Assembly (NCBI GenBank): GCA_047637555.1
Contig: JBLIKX010000001.1
Location: forward strand, 8,294-72,293
Length of the DNA: 64,000 nt
Reading direction: 5' to 3'
DNA from: Crocinitomicaceae bacterium
Lineage (GTDB): Bacteria; Patescibacteriota; Minisyncoccia; Phycocordibacterales; UBA1006
The translations under genes were made by a program, and so were the position numbers. The notes below the pieces were generated by a model that was not told the DNA's origin, searched no databases, and was given only the letters and a program-made list of their open reading frames with translations. Positions within the stretch are counted from its first letter, which is position 1. Each line of letters begins with the position of its first letter. Below, piece after piece: positions 1 to 9,253 of this stretch.

Positions 1-72
1 AGATAATACATAATTTAGGGTCATGGAGACATGACTTAGTATAAGTATACCGTATTTTGTTATACTGGATCT

Positions 73-507
73 ATGATTAAGGATTTACTCGAAAAGAAAA
101 AGAAGATAATACTATTTGATGGTGAATGTAATTTGTGCGATTGGTCAGTTAAAGTTCTCCTAAAGAATGATCCAAAAGATATTTTTCACTTTGCTTCATT
201 ACAATCTGAGTTGGGAAAAAAAATTCAAGAACAATATGGAATTGATTCTTCAAAATTACATTCGATTATTTTGATTGATGATTATACAAATCACAAAACA
301 AAAACCTCTGCTATTTTCTCTATAACAGGTTCAATGGGAGCTGCATGGTCATTATTTAATATTTTTTGGATTGTTCCAAAATTTATTCGTGATGCTGTAT
401 ATATGTTTATTGCAAAAAACCGATATACATGGTTCGGGAAGCAAAATACCTGCATGATAATAACTGATGATATACGTCATAAATTTTTAGATCAGCATGA
501 GTACTAA
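73..507 (+). CDS. DCC1-like thiol-disulfide oxidoreductase (DUF393 family)
   Basis: 144 aa; FDGECNLCD CxxC motif near N-terminus and AKNRYTWFG near C-terminus as in DUF393/DCC proteins; TGtTATACT box ends 6 nt before ATG. Confidence 0.75.
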   Translation: MIKDLLEKKKKIILFDGECNLCDWSVKVLLKNDPKDIFHFASLQSELGKKIQEQYGIDSSKLHSIILIDDYTNHKTKTSAIFSITGSMGAAWSLFNIFWIVPKFIRDAVYMFIAKNRYTWFGKQNTCMIITDDIRHKFLDQHEY

Positions 508-919
508 AACATTACCAATGGACCTCGGTGGTAATAATCAACCAAAGGAAGAATTTCAAAATTATGAAAAAATTATTAATGATCGTAGATCTGTTTATTC
601 AGTAAGTATTATTAAAGTTCATGACAAAAAGGGTATTAAGGCTTTTCTTAAAAGAACAAAAAAGATAAAAAACCATGACAAAGCAACACATCATTCTTGG
701 GCCGTACGTATTTCTAATAATGGTGTTATTTATGAATCTAAAAATGATGGAGGTGAGACAGGAGCAGGACAGGTAATCCTACGAATCCTCCAGAAGAAAC
801 ATATGATAGACACAATTGTTTGTGTGACGCGTTGGTATGGAGGTATTAAACTAGAAGCTGACAGGTTCAGGCACGTTCAGGACGCAACCTTCTATGCTTT
901 AAATCAAGTAATACGTTAA
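497..919 (+). CDS. IMPACT/YigZ (UPF0029) family protein
   Basis: 140 aa; ATHHSWAV...DGGETGAGQVIL...VTRWYGGIKL fits the YigZ/IMPACT N-terminal domain pattern; 11-nt overlap with upstream ORF. Confidence 0.7.
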   Translation: MSTKTLPMDLGGNNQPKEEFQNYEKIINDRRSVYSVSIIKVHDKKGIKAFLKRTKKIKNHDKATHHSWAVRISNNGVIYESKNDGGETGAGQVILRILQKKHMIDTIVCVTRWYGGIKLEADRFRHVQDATFYALNQVIR

Positions 920-972
920 CCACAAAGACCATCTCTACTCTTTGTGGTATGGTTTTGGTATAATAAAATTAT

Positions 973-1437
973 ATGAATACTATTATTCACTTGGCGGCAG
1001 ATCATGCGGGTTTTGAAATGAAAGAATTTCTTAAATCAGCTCTAGAAGAACTTGGCTATGATATAAAAGATCATGGGACTTTTTCATATGATCCTGATGA
1101 TGATTTTACTGATTTTATCCCTTTGGCCTCCAATGCTGTATCTCAAAACCCAGAAGATCGTGCCATTATATTTGGGGGTTCAGGAGAGGGCGAAGCCATG
1201 ATGGCAAATAGATTTCCACACGTAAGAGCTACGGCTTATTATCATTTTGACCCTGAGATAATCAAAGTTTCGCGTGAACATAATAATGCAAATATTTTAT
1301 CTATTGGAGCTCGATTTCTTTCAAACGAAGAGGTCTTAGAGTCAGTGTTATTTTGGTTAGAGATACCATTTCCAAATGAAGACAAATATGCCAGAAGAAT
1401 TGAAAACATGGAACTTTCTTCATTTAATGAAGAATAG
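973..1437 (+). CDS. rpiB: ribose-5-phosphate isomerase B
   Basis: 154 aa; LAADHAGFEMK and GSGEGEAMMANRFPHVRA match the RpiB/LacAB pattern; TGgTATAAT box 8 nt before ATG. Confidence 0.85.
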   Translation: MNTIIHLAADHAGFEMKEFLKSALEELGYDIKDHGTFSYDPDDDFTDFIPLASNAVSQNPEDRAIIFGGSGEGEAMMANRFPHVRATAYYHFDPEIIKVSREHNNANILSIGARFLSNEEVLESVLFWLEIPFPNEDKYARRIENMELSSFNEE

Positions 1438-1450
1438 TATTGTATAAGAC

Positions 1451-1945
1451 ATGACATACATTCGAATCTATAAAAGTTTTCAAAAATTTATTGATAAAGA
1501 TGAACATTTTTCTGAAGATCAACAGCAGGAAATATTAAAAAGTTTTGAAGACCCTCGACACAAAAAAATATTTAGACTGAGTGTTATTTTGCTTGTTTGG
1601 AGTACTATTGCAATAACTATTGATTCAACATTTATAGGAGGCGGAGTTATCGCAAGCATTATCAATGGGGCTAATTGGAGATTTTTTATACCTACTGCGA
1701 TTTTTTCTATTGTTAACTTTATTATAAAATTTATTTTTGTGAAGTTCTATTTAAGAGATAGTATTACGAATACTCAGGCTGCCTATTGCGGAATCCCGTA
1801 TGCTGGATCAGCACTTATTCTTGGATTCTTACTACGAGTTGATCCTCTTTTCTTGAAAGGTATTAAACATTATAGGGCTTATATGCTTAAACGTGGATTT
1901 AAATATATCTGTGTAAAATTTAATATAAAACAAAAAGCCTCTTAG
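1451..1945 (+). CDS. hypothetical membrane protein
   Basis: 164 aa with several hydrophobic helices; no recognisable motif. Confidence 0.45.
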   Translation: MTYIRIYKSFQKFIDKDEHFSEDQQQEILKSFEDPRHKKIFRLSVILLVWSTIAITIDSTFIGGGVIASIINGANWRFFIPTAIFSIVNFIIKFIFVKFYLRDSITNTQAAYCGIPYAGSALILGFLLRVDPLFLKGIKHYRAYMLKRGFKYICVKFNIKQKAS

Positions 1946-1952
1946 GCTTTTT
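1932..1952. terminator. bidirectional intrinsic terminator
   Basis: 8-bp stem AAAAAGCC/GGCTTTTT with A-run and T-run flanks; holds the stop codons of both convergent genes. Confidence 0.65.
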
Positions 1953-2406
1953 GTTTTTCCTTAATAAATTCAAGAACTTCTTTTGGGTGACTTATTGGCT
2001 TTACCTTATTCCAATGTTTTACTACTATTCCTTTTTCATTTATCAAGAATGACTCTCGAGAAATACCCTTGTATTTTTTACCAAACATACTTTTATCTTG
2101 CCAAACCCCATATTCTTGAATCATTGTAGTTTCTGTATCTGAAAGAAGAATAATATCTAGACTGTGTTTGTCGCAAAATTTTTGGTGACTTGCTACGCTA
2201 TCTTTCGAAACACCTAATACAATAGCATTGGCTTTTTCAAATTCTTTTTTTAATTCTTGAAAACCTAATGTTTCAGTGGTGCATCCTGGAGTCATATCTT
2301 TTGGGTAAAAATATATAATAATATTTTTACCAATAAATTCTTCTAAAGTTCTAAATTTTCCTGTTTGGTCAGGTAGTGAAAAGTGTGGTGCTTTTTGTTG
2401 TTCCAT
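1942..2406 (-). CDS. bcp: thiol peroxidase, Bcp/PrxQ-type peroxiredoxin
   Basis: 154 aa; PKDMTPGCTTE peroxidatic-Cys motif; TGtTATACT box 8 nt before ATG. Confidence 0.85.
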   Translation of the reverse strand: MEQQKAPHFSLPDQTGKFRTLEEFIGKNIIIYFYPKDMTPGCTTETLGFQELKKEFEKANAIVLGVSKDSVASHQKFCDKHSLDIILLSDTETTMIQEYGVWQDKSMFGKKYKGISRESFLINEKGIVVKHWNKVKPISHPKEVLEFIKEKQKA

Positions 2407-2452
2407 ATGTCTTTAGTATAACATGTATGGGTTTCTAGGTTATAATAAGCCT

Positions 2453-3145
2453 ATGAATCCATATATTATCCCAGCAATAATGCCGCAACGTTTTGAAGAT
2501 ATTGAAGAATCAGCTGGACTTGTTAAAAATCACGTAACTACTATTCAATTAGATCTCATGGATGGTAAATACGTATCTGAAAAAACTTGGCCGTTTTTCT
2601 ACACTACTGACTATGATGTTACAGCCTTAAAAGCTCAAGACAGCTCTCTTCCATATTGGGAGGATGTAAATTATGAGCTTGATCTCATGGCTGAACGACC
2701 CGAAGAAAATCTCGATACTTGGTTAGGGCTTGGTGCTTCTCGTGTTATATTCCATTATAAATCAATACATGATTGGGATAAGATACGTGCTATTGATCCT
2801 GTTATTCGTGATTTCACACAGATTGGTTGCGCTGTAACGATTCATGATAATTTAGATGACGTAGAAAACTTAATAAGTGAAAATATTTTTGATTTTGTGC
2901 AAGTCATGGGTATCTCTCGCGTTGGATATATGGGGGAACCATTTGAAGAAGAGTCATTAACTCTTATTGAAAAGCTTCATAAAAAATATCCAGAACTGAC
3001 CATTACCGTTGATGGTGGAGTATCTCGAGAAACCATCTCTGACTTATATGATGCAGGAGCAATTCGTTTTGTCTCTGGCTCGAGTGTTTTTGGGGGAGGA
3101 ATGGCAAGCGAGAACGTTGAGGATCTTACTGATTTTATAGCCTAA
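2453..3145 (+). CDS. ribulose-phosphate 3-epimerase-like protein (divergent)
   Basis: Start moved to ATG 2453 (TATAAT 6 nt upstream; track start 2423). IQLDLMDGKYV and TVDGGVS resemble Rpe motifs; rest divergent. Confidence 0.55.
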   Translation: MNPYIIPAIMPQRFEDIEESAGLVKNHVTTIQLDLMDGKYVSEKTWPFFYTTDYDVTALKAQDSSLPYWEDVNYELDLMAERPEENLDTWLGLGASRVIFHYKSIHDWDKIRAIDPVIRDFTQIGCAVTIHDNLDDVENLISENIFDFVQVMGISRVGYMGEPFEEESLTLIEKLHKKYPELTITVDGGVSRETISDLYDAGAIRFVSGSSVFGGGMASENVEDLTDFIA

Positions 3146-3202
3146 TTTTTATAGCTATTTTTATTGGAAATGATAATCTAATGTTAAACTAAAAAATTAA
3201 TT

Positions 3203-3555
3203 TTGAAAAAAACAAAAGACAGTTTGTTAATTATTGGAATTAATATCCTCACAACGCTTATCACTATATCGTTAACGCTATATAACGTAAATTGGAATCT
3301 CATTGATTCGTTTTGGTTGTTTATTCATGGTATGGTGCAGGGTTTCCTAATAAATTTTCGTACTTTTTCTTTTTTTCTTTTCTTTTCTTATTTATTGCAT
3401 GGATTATTAAAATTCTTATTCTCTATTTTTTAAGTAACGAAGAAAAAAAATTTCTACGTAAAAAACATTCAATCCTAGGGGGAATACCTTTTTTTGGATT
3501 TGGATACGGAATTCATTTAAAAATCAAACAAAATAACATTAAGTCTATTACTTAA
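3203..3555 (+). other. overlapping hydrophobic ORF pair, possible frameshifted membrane-protein gene
   Basis: ORFs 3203-3433 and 3313-3555 overlap by 120 nt in different frames across T-rich runs (3355-3385); both very hydrophobic; first uses TTG start. Confidence 0.25.
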
Positions 3556-4672
3556 AGTAGGTAATAGATTTTTTTATTATAAAAATTATTTTCGATGAAA
3601 AGATTTTTTTAATTTTTTGTAATAAGGATTTTTTAGTGAATATTTTTCTCGCACCTAATGATTTTGAAAATCTTTTTTTACTATTACCCTTTATCTTGTA
3701 ATATATTTCTAATTTTTCTGGAGGCATATTGATGACCTCTTTGCATGAAGTTGAACAAGTCATTTCCATTTTTTGTTTGCAATGCATACACTGAAGAAAT
3801 AAAAGATTACAGGCATAATTGACGCAGTTTACATGCCGATCACATTTATTTTTACATTGATTACAGTGAGATATTATTATATCTCCAATTTTTTCTGGGT
3901 CTCTTTTATCAAATACGTAATTAGAGCCAAGGAATCTATTCTCTAGTCCCTCGCGCTCTACTTGGTGTTTATAATCAATAATGCCACCATGTAATTGATT
4001 AGTATCCTTAAACCCTTTATCTTTTAGATAGGCAGATGCTTTTTCACAACGTATACCCCCAGTGCAATACAGTAATATTTTTTTGTTCTCGCTCCCTGAT
4101 AACTCCGCAGCAACCACAGGTAATCCCTCACGGAAAGTATCTATTTGCGGAGTGATTGCTCCATCAAAATAACCAATTTCAGATTCATAATGATTGCGCA
4201 TATCAACCACAATTGAATTATTATCTTTCATAGCCTTGTTGAATTCTCCCGCAGTGAGATGATTACCCACATTTTCAATATCGTAATTACCCAAGGTCAA
4301 ACCGTCAGCCACAATTTTTTTTCTTATTCTTACTGAGAGGCGATGAAAAGAGGTGTTATGGTGAACTCCGATTTTAAGAGGTACATTGTTAAATTCAGAG
4401 ATAGTATAAAGTTCAGATTTAAATTGATCCCAGTTATGTTCAGGAACCGACATTTGAGCATTGATTCCCTCAGATGCAATATAAATTCTACCAAGACAAT
4501 CTAGTCGTTCCCAGGTGGAGAAAAGTCTCTCGTGCATTTCTCTCGTATTATTGATTACAATATATTTATATAATGAAACAGTGATTCGATTAAATGTTTC
4601 ACTTTTAAGTTTGAGAATTGCTTCTTCTTTGGATAAGCCATAAGGTATTTGTTTTTTACCAATTCGTTGCAT
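3548..4672 (-). CDS. trhO: rhodanese-domain protein, UPF0176/TrhO (tRNA U34 hydroxylase) family
   Basis: 374 aa; active-site loop YCTGGIRCEKAS as in YceA/TrhO; Cys-rich C-terminal tail; TAGAAT 6 nt before ATG. Confidence 0.75.
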   Translation of the reverse strand: MQRIGKKQIPYGLSKEEAILKLKSETFNRITVSLYKYIVINNTREMHERLFSTWERLDCLGRIYIASEGINAQMSVPEHNWDQFKSELYTISEFNNVPLKIGVHHNTSFHRLSVRIRKKIVADGLTLGNYDIENVGNHLTAGEFNKAMKDNNSIVVDMRNHYESEIGYFDGAITPQIDTFREGLPVVAAELSGSENKKILLYCTGGIRCEKASAYLKDKGFKDTNQLHGGIIDYKHQVEREGLENRFLGSNYVFDKRDPEKIGDIIISHCNQCKNKCDRHVNCVNYACNLLFLQCMHCKQKMEMTCSTSCKEVINMPPEKLEIYYKIKGNSKKRFSKSLGARKIFTKKSLLQKIKKIFSSKIIFIIKKSITYFK

Positions 4673-4983
4673 ATATTTATTCTAACCAAAGGTAAAAATT
4701 TTTCAATAAAAAACTGCACCCTTAACAAGGTATGGATCACTCTTATAGACCTCACAAATCATTTCAAGAACTAATACTTGAAACAAAATTCTTAGTATAG
4801 TTTAGGATACCCAGCAATAACTTTTTAGCGTGAACTCTCTCCAGCACAACTTTTTTAGTACAACAGAGACATATTGACCTCAACCGAGGGTCCTGTATTC
4901 AAATATAAACTCTAGAGTGCAATGTTTTTTTTATCACTAGATGTCAATGATCTGTGATTGCATACATCAACGTTTTTGTAATC

Positions 4984-4992
4984 TGCTATAAT
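4984..4992 (+). promoter_or_regulatory. extended -10 box (TGcTATAAT), leaderless layout
   Basis: Hexamer ends 6 nt before the transketolase ATG at 4999; no SD in between. Confidence 0.55.
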
Positions 4993-4998
4993 ATAACT

Positions 4999-5853
4999 AT
5001 GACAGATGAACGAATTAAAGAATTAGAATTAAAAGCAAATGATATTCGCATATCTATTATTGATATGTTAGAAGACGCAGGAAGTGGGCACACGGCTGGT
5101 CCACTAGGGATGGCTGACATGTTTGCAGTATTGTATTTCGAAATCATGCGACATGATCCAGAGAATGTTCATTGGGATGAACGAGACTGGCTCTTTCTCT
5201 CAAATGGACACACTGTTCCTGTACGATATGCAGCAATGGCCCATTCTGGATATTTTCCTCTAGAAGAATTAAAGACGCTACGGAAATTTGGATCAAGGTT
5301 ACAAGGCCACCCAGAACGTCATGCCTTACCGGGAATTGAACATACTGCAGGGCCGTTAGGAACTGGTTTAGGTCAGGCAGCAGGAGTTGCAACTGGACTA
5401 CTATTAGATGGAAAGAAAAATCATGTTTATTGCATTACCGGTGACGGGGAGCTGGATTGCGGAAATATCTGGGAATCAGCTATGTTTGCGGCTCATAATG
5501 GACTATCAAATCTAACGGCTATTGTTGATCGAAATAATATCCAAATTAATGGCGCAACAGAAAACGTCATGAAGTTAGAAGATCTTGCTGATAAATGGAA
5601 GTCATTTGGATGGCATGTAATTGAGATTGATGGGCATAATATCCAACAATTTGTAGACGCGATAAACCAAGCAAAAGCAATTCAAAATAAACCAACCTGT
5701 ATTATTGCTCATACTATTCCAGGAAAAGGAATCAAAGAAATTGAAAACGAGTTTCAATGGCACGGTAAACCACCAACAGCGGAAGAGGAAAAACGTTTCT
5801 TAAAAGAATTGAGGACATTAAGAGGTAAAATTGAGGCGACTCATTCTGAGTAA
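4999..5853 (+). CDS. transketolase, N-terminal (TPP-binding) subunit
   Basis: Start at ATG 4999 (track start 4954 lies upstream of the -10 box); GDGELDCGNIWE...DRNNIQI TPP-binding motif; only the N-terminal half of a transketolase. Confidence 0.85.
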   Translation: MTDERIKELELKANDIRISIIDMLEDAGSGHTAGPLGMADMFAVLYFEIMRHDPENVHWDERDWLFLSNGHTVPVRYAAMAHSGYFPLEELKTLRKFGSRLQGHPERHALPGIEHTAGPLGTGLGQAAGVATGLLLDGKKNHVYCITGDGELDCGNIWESAMFAAHNGLSNLTAIVDRNNIQINGATENVMKLEDLADKWKSFGWHVIEIDGHNIQQFVDAINQAKAIQNKPTCIIAHTIPGKGIKEIENEFQWHGKPPTAEEEKRFLKELRTLRGKIEATHSE

Positions 5854-5855
5854 TT

Positions 5856-6332
5856 ATGGAAAACTACAAACCTAACTCGAGTAATTATAATGAATCTCCC
5901 TTAGAAGTTAACAATAGAAAATTCACTCTTGAACATGAAGTAGCTTCCAATCAACATTTAATTGAAAACAAGTCTGATGTGTTAAAAACATTAAATAATA
6001 AAATATCTAATTTACGAATGGCACTTGTTGGTGCACGAGAGCGAGAGTTTGAAAAAAAATCTAAATTAAAAAATATTAAAGAAATTGAAAAGGCAATAAT
6101 TGAGCTCAGAATAGATAAGGCCGAAGCGAAATTAAAGAATCTAGAATTTGATGAAGTATTAATTTCCCAATTACAAGCTGAAAAGCTAACCGATGAACAG
6201 CTACTTCATACAGATCAGATGATTTTAGAAAACACGCCTGAAGATATAATTGAATTAGATAAAGAAAGATCACTCCTTGAAGAAAGTATAATAGCTACTA
6301 AATTAATTGAATCAAAGTATCAACAAAACTAA
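5856..6332 (+). CDS. hypothetical acidic coiled-coil protein
   Basis: 158 aa, heptad-rich, no known motif; starts 2 nt after tkt-N stop and ends 1 nt before tkt-C start. Confidence 0.5.
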   Translation: MENYKPNSSNYNESPLEVNNRKFTLEHEVASNQHLIENKSDVLKTLNNKISNLRMALVGAREREFEKKSKLKNIKEIEKAIIELRIDKAEAKLKNLEFDEVLISQLQAEKLTDEQLLHTDQMILENTPEDIIELDKERSLLEESIIATKLIESKYQQN

Positions 6333-6333
6333 T

Positions 6334-7320
6334 ATGATTAACACAGAATTAAAATTACATACTGATGTATTTAATACAGAGGAATTACCACATGCAGCAA
6401 CACGTGATGGTTTTGGGAAAGGTCTTGTCGAAGCAGGGGAGAGGGATGATCGAGTAATGGCATTATGCGCAGATCTCGCTGAGTCTACTCGAGCACATTG
6501 GTTCAAAGAAAAGTTTCCAGAGCGGTATGTCGAGGTAGGTGTAGCAGAGCAAAATCTAATGGCAGTTGCATCAGGACTAGCTAATTATGGAAAAATTCCT
6601 TTTGCTATGTCTTATGCTGCATTCTCTCCAGGTAGAAATTGGGAACAAATTAGGTCAACCGTTGCATTGAATGATGTACCAGTAAACATTGTAGGAGCTC
6701 ATGCTGGAGTGTCTGTTGGTCCAGATGGAGCAACACATCAGGCACTAGAGGATATTGCCACTATGCGCGTATTACCAAATATGATTGTTATAGTTCCATC
6801 CGATAGTGAAGAGGCACGAAAGGCAACACTAGCTATAGCTGCAAATAACAAACCTTCATATATTCGTTTGGCACGAGCAAAAACACCTGTTTATACGACA
6901 ACTGAAACATCTTTTGAAGTTGGAGTACCGCAGGTCGTATATCAATCTCGAAATCCAAAAATAGGAATAATTGCCTGTGGTTCATTGGTATATCAATCAA
7001 TACTTGCAGCAGAAGAGTTGAAAAAGGAAGGAATCGAAGTTTCTGTTATGAATCTCTCTACTATCAAACCTATGAATGAAAAAATGGTGACTGATTTCGC
7101 TAAAAATGTTGATCATATCGTAACCGCTGAAGAACACCAAATACATGGAGGAATGGGGTCTGCTGTTGCAGAAGTTTTGTCTCAGTATCACCCGACAAAG
7201 ATGTCGTTTATTGGTATGCACGATCGTTATGGTGAGTCAGGGACTCCTGACGAATTATTAGAGAATTTTGGATTTACTAAATCTGGAATCATTAATCACA
7301 TCAAGGAACAATTAACGTAA
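6334..7320 (+). CDS. transketolase, C-terminal (pyrimidine-binding) subunit
   Basis: Start at ATG 6334 (MINTELK); EVGVAEQNLMAVASGLA motif; C-terminal half of a transketolase. Confidence 0.85.
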   Translation: MINTELKLHTDVFNTEELPHAATRDGFGKGLVEAGERDDRVMALCADLAESTRAHWFKEKFPERYVEVGVAEQNLMAVASGLANYGKIPFAMSYAAFSPGRNWEQIRSTVALNDVPVNIVGAHAGVSVGPDGATHQALEDIATMRVLPNMIVIVPSDSEEARKATLAIAANNKPSYIRLARAKTPVYTTTETSFEVGVPQVVYQSRNPKIGIIACGSLVYQSILAAEELKKEGIEVSVMNLSTIKPMNEKMVTDFAKNVDHIVTAEEHQIHGGMGSAVAEVLSQYHPTKMSFIGMHDRYGESGTPDELLENFGFTKSGIINHIKEQLT

Positions 7321-7378
7321 TTAAAAATAGATCATAAGATTTGTTTTTAATTTATTATTTTGAGTGTAAAATAATAAT

Positions 7379-7549
7379 ATGATAAAAAATAGTGCGTATC
7401 TTTTTATATTTCTCCTTTTTTGTATGATGGCTTTTATGTGGTTTACTATTGATCAAAAAGATGTTCCCGAAAAAAGTCCTCAATTTAACGAAGAACGTGA
7501 TCAAACAGAAATAGTAGAAAATATTTTTAAAGAGGAGCTAGGAACATAA
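7379..7549 (+). CDS. small hypothetical membrane protein (56 aa)
   Basis: ORF below the track cut-off; one hydrophobic helix then acidic tail; followed directly by a 12-bp hairpin. Confidence 0.35.
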   Translation: MIKNSAYLFIFLLFCMMAFMWFTIDQKDVPEKSPQFNEERDQTEIVENIFKEELGT

Positions 7550-7550
7550 A

Positions 7551-7579
7551 ATCCATCAGAATTTATCATTCTGATGGAT
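7551..7579. terminator. bidirectional intrinsic terminator
   Basis: Perfect 12-bp stem ATCCATCAGAAT/ATTCTGATGGAT, 5-nt loop; contains the TGA stop of the minus-strand ORF. Confidence 0.7.
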
Positions 7580-7907
7580 TATTTTCTTTTGAAATCATTT
7601 TAAGTTTCTCTAAATTCACTGGAGATATTATTTGAAGAGTCGCTTCAATGTTTGAACTTGCTTTAGACTTTTGTTCTTCAAGAGATAATTTCTTCTGATT
7701 GTTTTCATTAGTTTCAGGAAGCTCTCGGAGTTGCTTCTCAAGATCATTTATTGTTTCAGACAAATTTAAAATAAGATCTATATGGATGCTTTCACGGTTG
7801 TTATATTTTTCCTCCATATTAGAAGCATGTTCATTAGCAAATGCTTCTTTTTCATCGTTACTGAGGTGGTTATTTTTTGGCGTTTCAAGGTTAGGTTCGA
7901 AGTTCAT
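7566..7907 (-). CDS. hypothetical acidic coiled-coil protein, paralog of ORF 5856-6332
   Basis: 113 aa; N-terminus MNFEPN...NEHASN parallels MENYKPN...LEHEVASN with equal spacing; TATAAT 6 nt before ATG; TGA stop. Confidence 0.45.
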   Translation of the reverse strand: MNFEPNLETPKNNHLSNDEKEAFANEHASNMEEKYNNRESIHIDLILNLSETINDLEKQLRELPETNENNQKKLSLEEQKSKASSNIEATLQIISPVNLEKLKMISKENNPSE

Positions 7908-8162
7908 ATTTTTATTATACCAAATAAATGTTTAAAATCTAGAATCTATCCAGCATGTCTTAAATTAATATGTTCTAACTATTGTTTTAATTTTTAATAC
8001 TATTATATATATTCTTAGATTTCCATAGCGCTCCTTCTTTTTGTAAGTATTCTTTTTTTAAGATATTCTATTTTTGCTAAATTATTTCAACAGTGTCTAT
8101 GAAGTGACTATCTTTACTTATTTTTAAATTATTAAATAAACTTTCCATGTTATTTTTATATC

Positions 8163-8191
8163 AAAAAATACCAGAAATTCTGGTATTTTTT
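8163..8191. terminator. bidirectional intrinsic terminator
   Basis: ATACCAG-aaatt-CTGGTAT stem flanked by A6 and T6 runs, just downstream of the PfkB-kinase stop. Confidence 0.7.
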
Positions 8192-8201
8192 AAGTGATAT
8201 T

Positions 8202-9206
8202 CTAGATTTTTTCTGGTTTATAATCTTCTGGTGCATTAGCAAGATATTCTTCAAGTTGCTCTTGTGTGAGTAATCCTTCTTGAGCTCCAATATATTGAAC
8301 AACGTTCATAGAGTTAATTGGCGCCCATGATAATGCTTCAGCAACTGTTTTTCCATGTCCCAGAGCAATAGTAAATGCTGATGAAAATGAATCCCCAGCA
8401 CCTGTTCGTTCTACTGGTGGTTTTGGGTCTGGGTAAATTCGATGGAACCAATACTCATCATTATATGAATCGTAGGCATAGGCTCCATCAGGTCCATCAG
8501 TAATACATACAATTTTTGGACCAAGTTCATGCATTTGTTTCATAAGATTTTTTATATCATCTGAGTCTATTTTAAGAATCTTTTGAGCTTCTTCTACGTT
8601 ACAGAAAAACACCTCAGTCGCTGAGTAAATATCTGAAAGTTTTTCTTTACCGAGAGAAATTTGGAATGTTCCTGGTTGAAACGCCATTTTGATATTATTT
8701 TCTTTTATCCAAGTTGCAATATCTGCGTGATATTGCATCGAATCTTCTCCAACAGAAGAGAAATAGACCCACTTAGGAATGAGATCTTCTGTTTGCTTGG
8801 CAAGATCGTAGTTATAGTTCTCATGTTTAATAAGAATTGTTCGCTCTGCTTGAAAAGATAGAACATAATGATAATTAGTATTTTTACCATCTTCTACTGT
8901 TACATAATCAGTGATTACTCCATTTTCTTTTAGCGCTTCAATACATTCTTTACCGAATTGATCATTTCCTACATGTGTCATTGTCGTTGAGGTCAAACCT
9001 AATCGTGCCGCAGATACTGCTGCGTTTGGACCATTACCAACTGCCTTCACTACCTTTACGCTGTCATACGGAATTTTGTCCCCAAATCGCATTTCAAGCA
9101 TCTCAGTTCCGTTATGTTCCTCTACCTCAGCATCTTGTAATTTAATAAATGCATCAATTACGATGTCACCGATTGCTAAGAAATCGATATTTTTTTCTTT
9201 ATTCAT
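8202..9206 (-). CDS. PfkB/ribokinase-family carbohydrate kinase
   Basis: 334 aa; GAGDSFSSAF near C-terminus and N-terminal GDIVID typical of PfkB kinases; TGaTATAAT 6 nt before ATG. Confidence 0.8.
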   Translation of the reverse strand: MNKEKNIDFLAIGDIVIDAFIKLQDAEVEEHNGTEMLEMRFGDKIPYDSVKVVKAVGNGPNAAVSAARLGLTSTTMTHVGNDQFGKECIEALKENGVITDYVTVEDGKNTNYHYVLSFQAERTILIKHENYNYDLAKQTEDLIPKWVYFSSVGEDSMQYHADIATWIKENNIKMAFQPGTFQISLGKEKLSDIYSATEVFFCNVEEAQKILKIDSDDIKNLMKQMHELGPKIVCITDGPDGAYAYDSYNDEYWFHRIYPDPKPPVERTGAGDSFSSAFTIALGHGKTVAEALSWAPINSMNVVQYIGAQEGLLTQEQLEEYLANAPEDYKPEKI

Positions 9207-9253
9207 GATCAGATTATATCATATCTTTATCTGCGTGATATAATAACTCTTAT

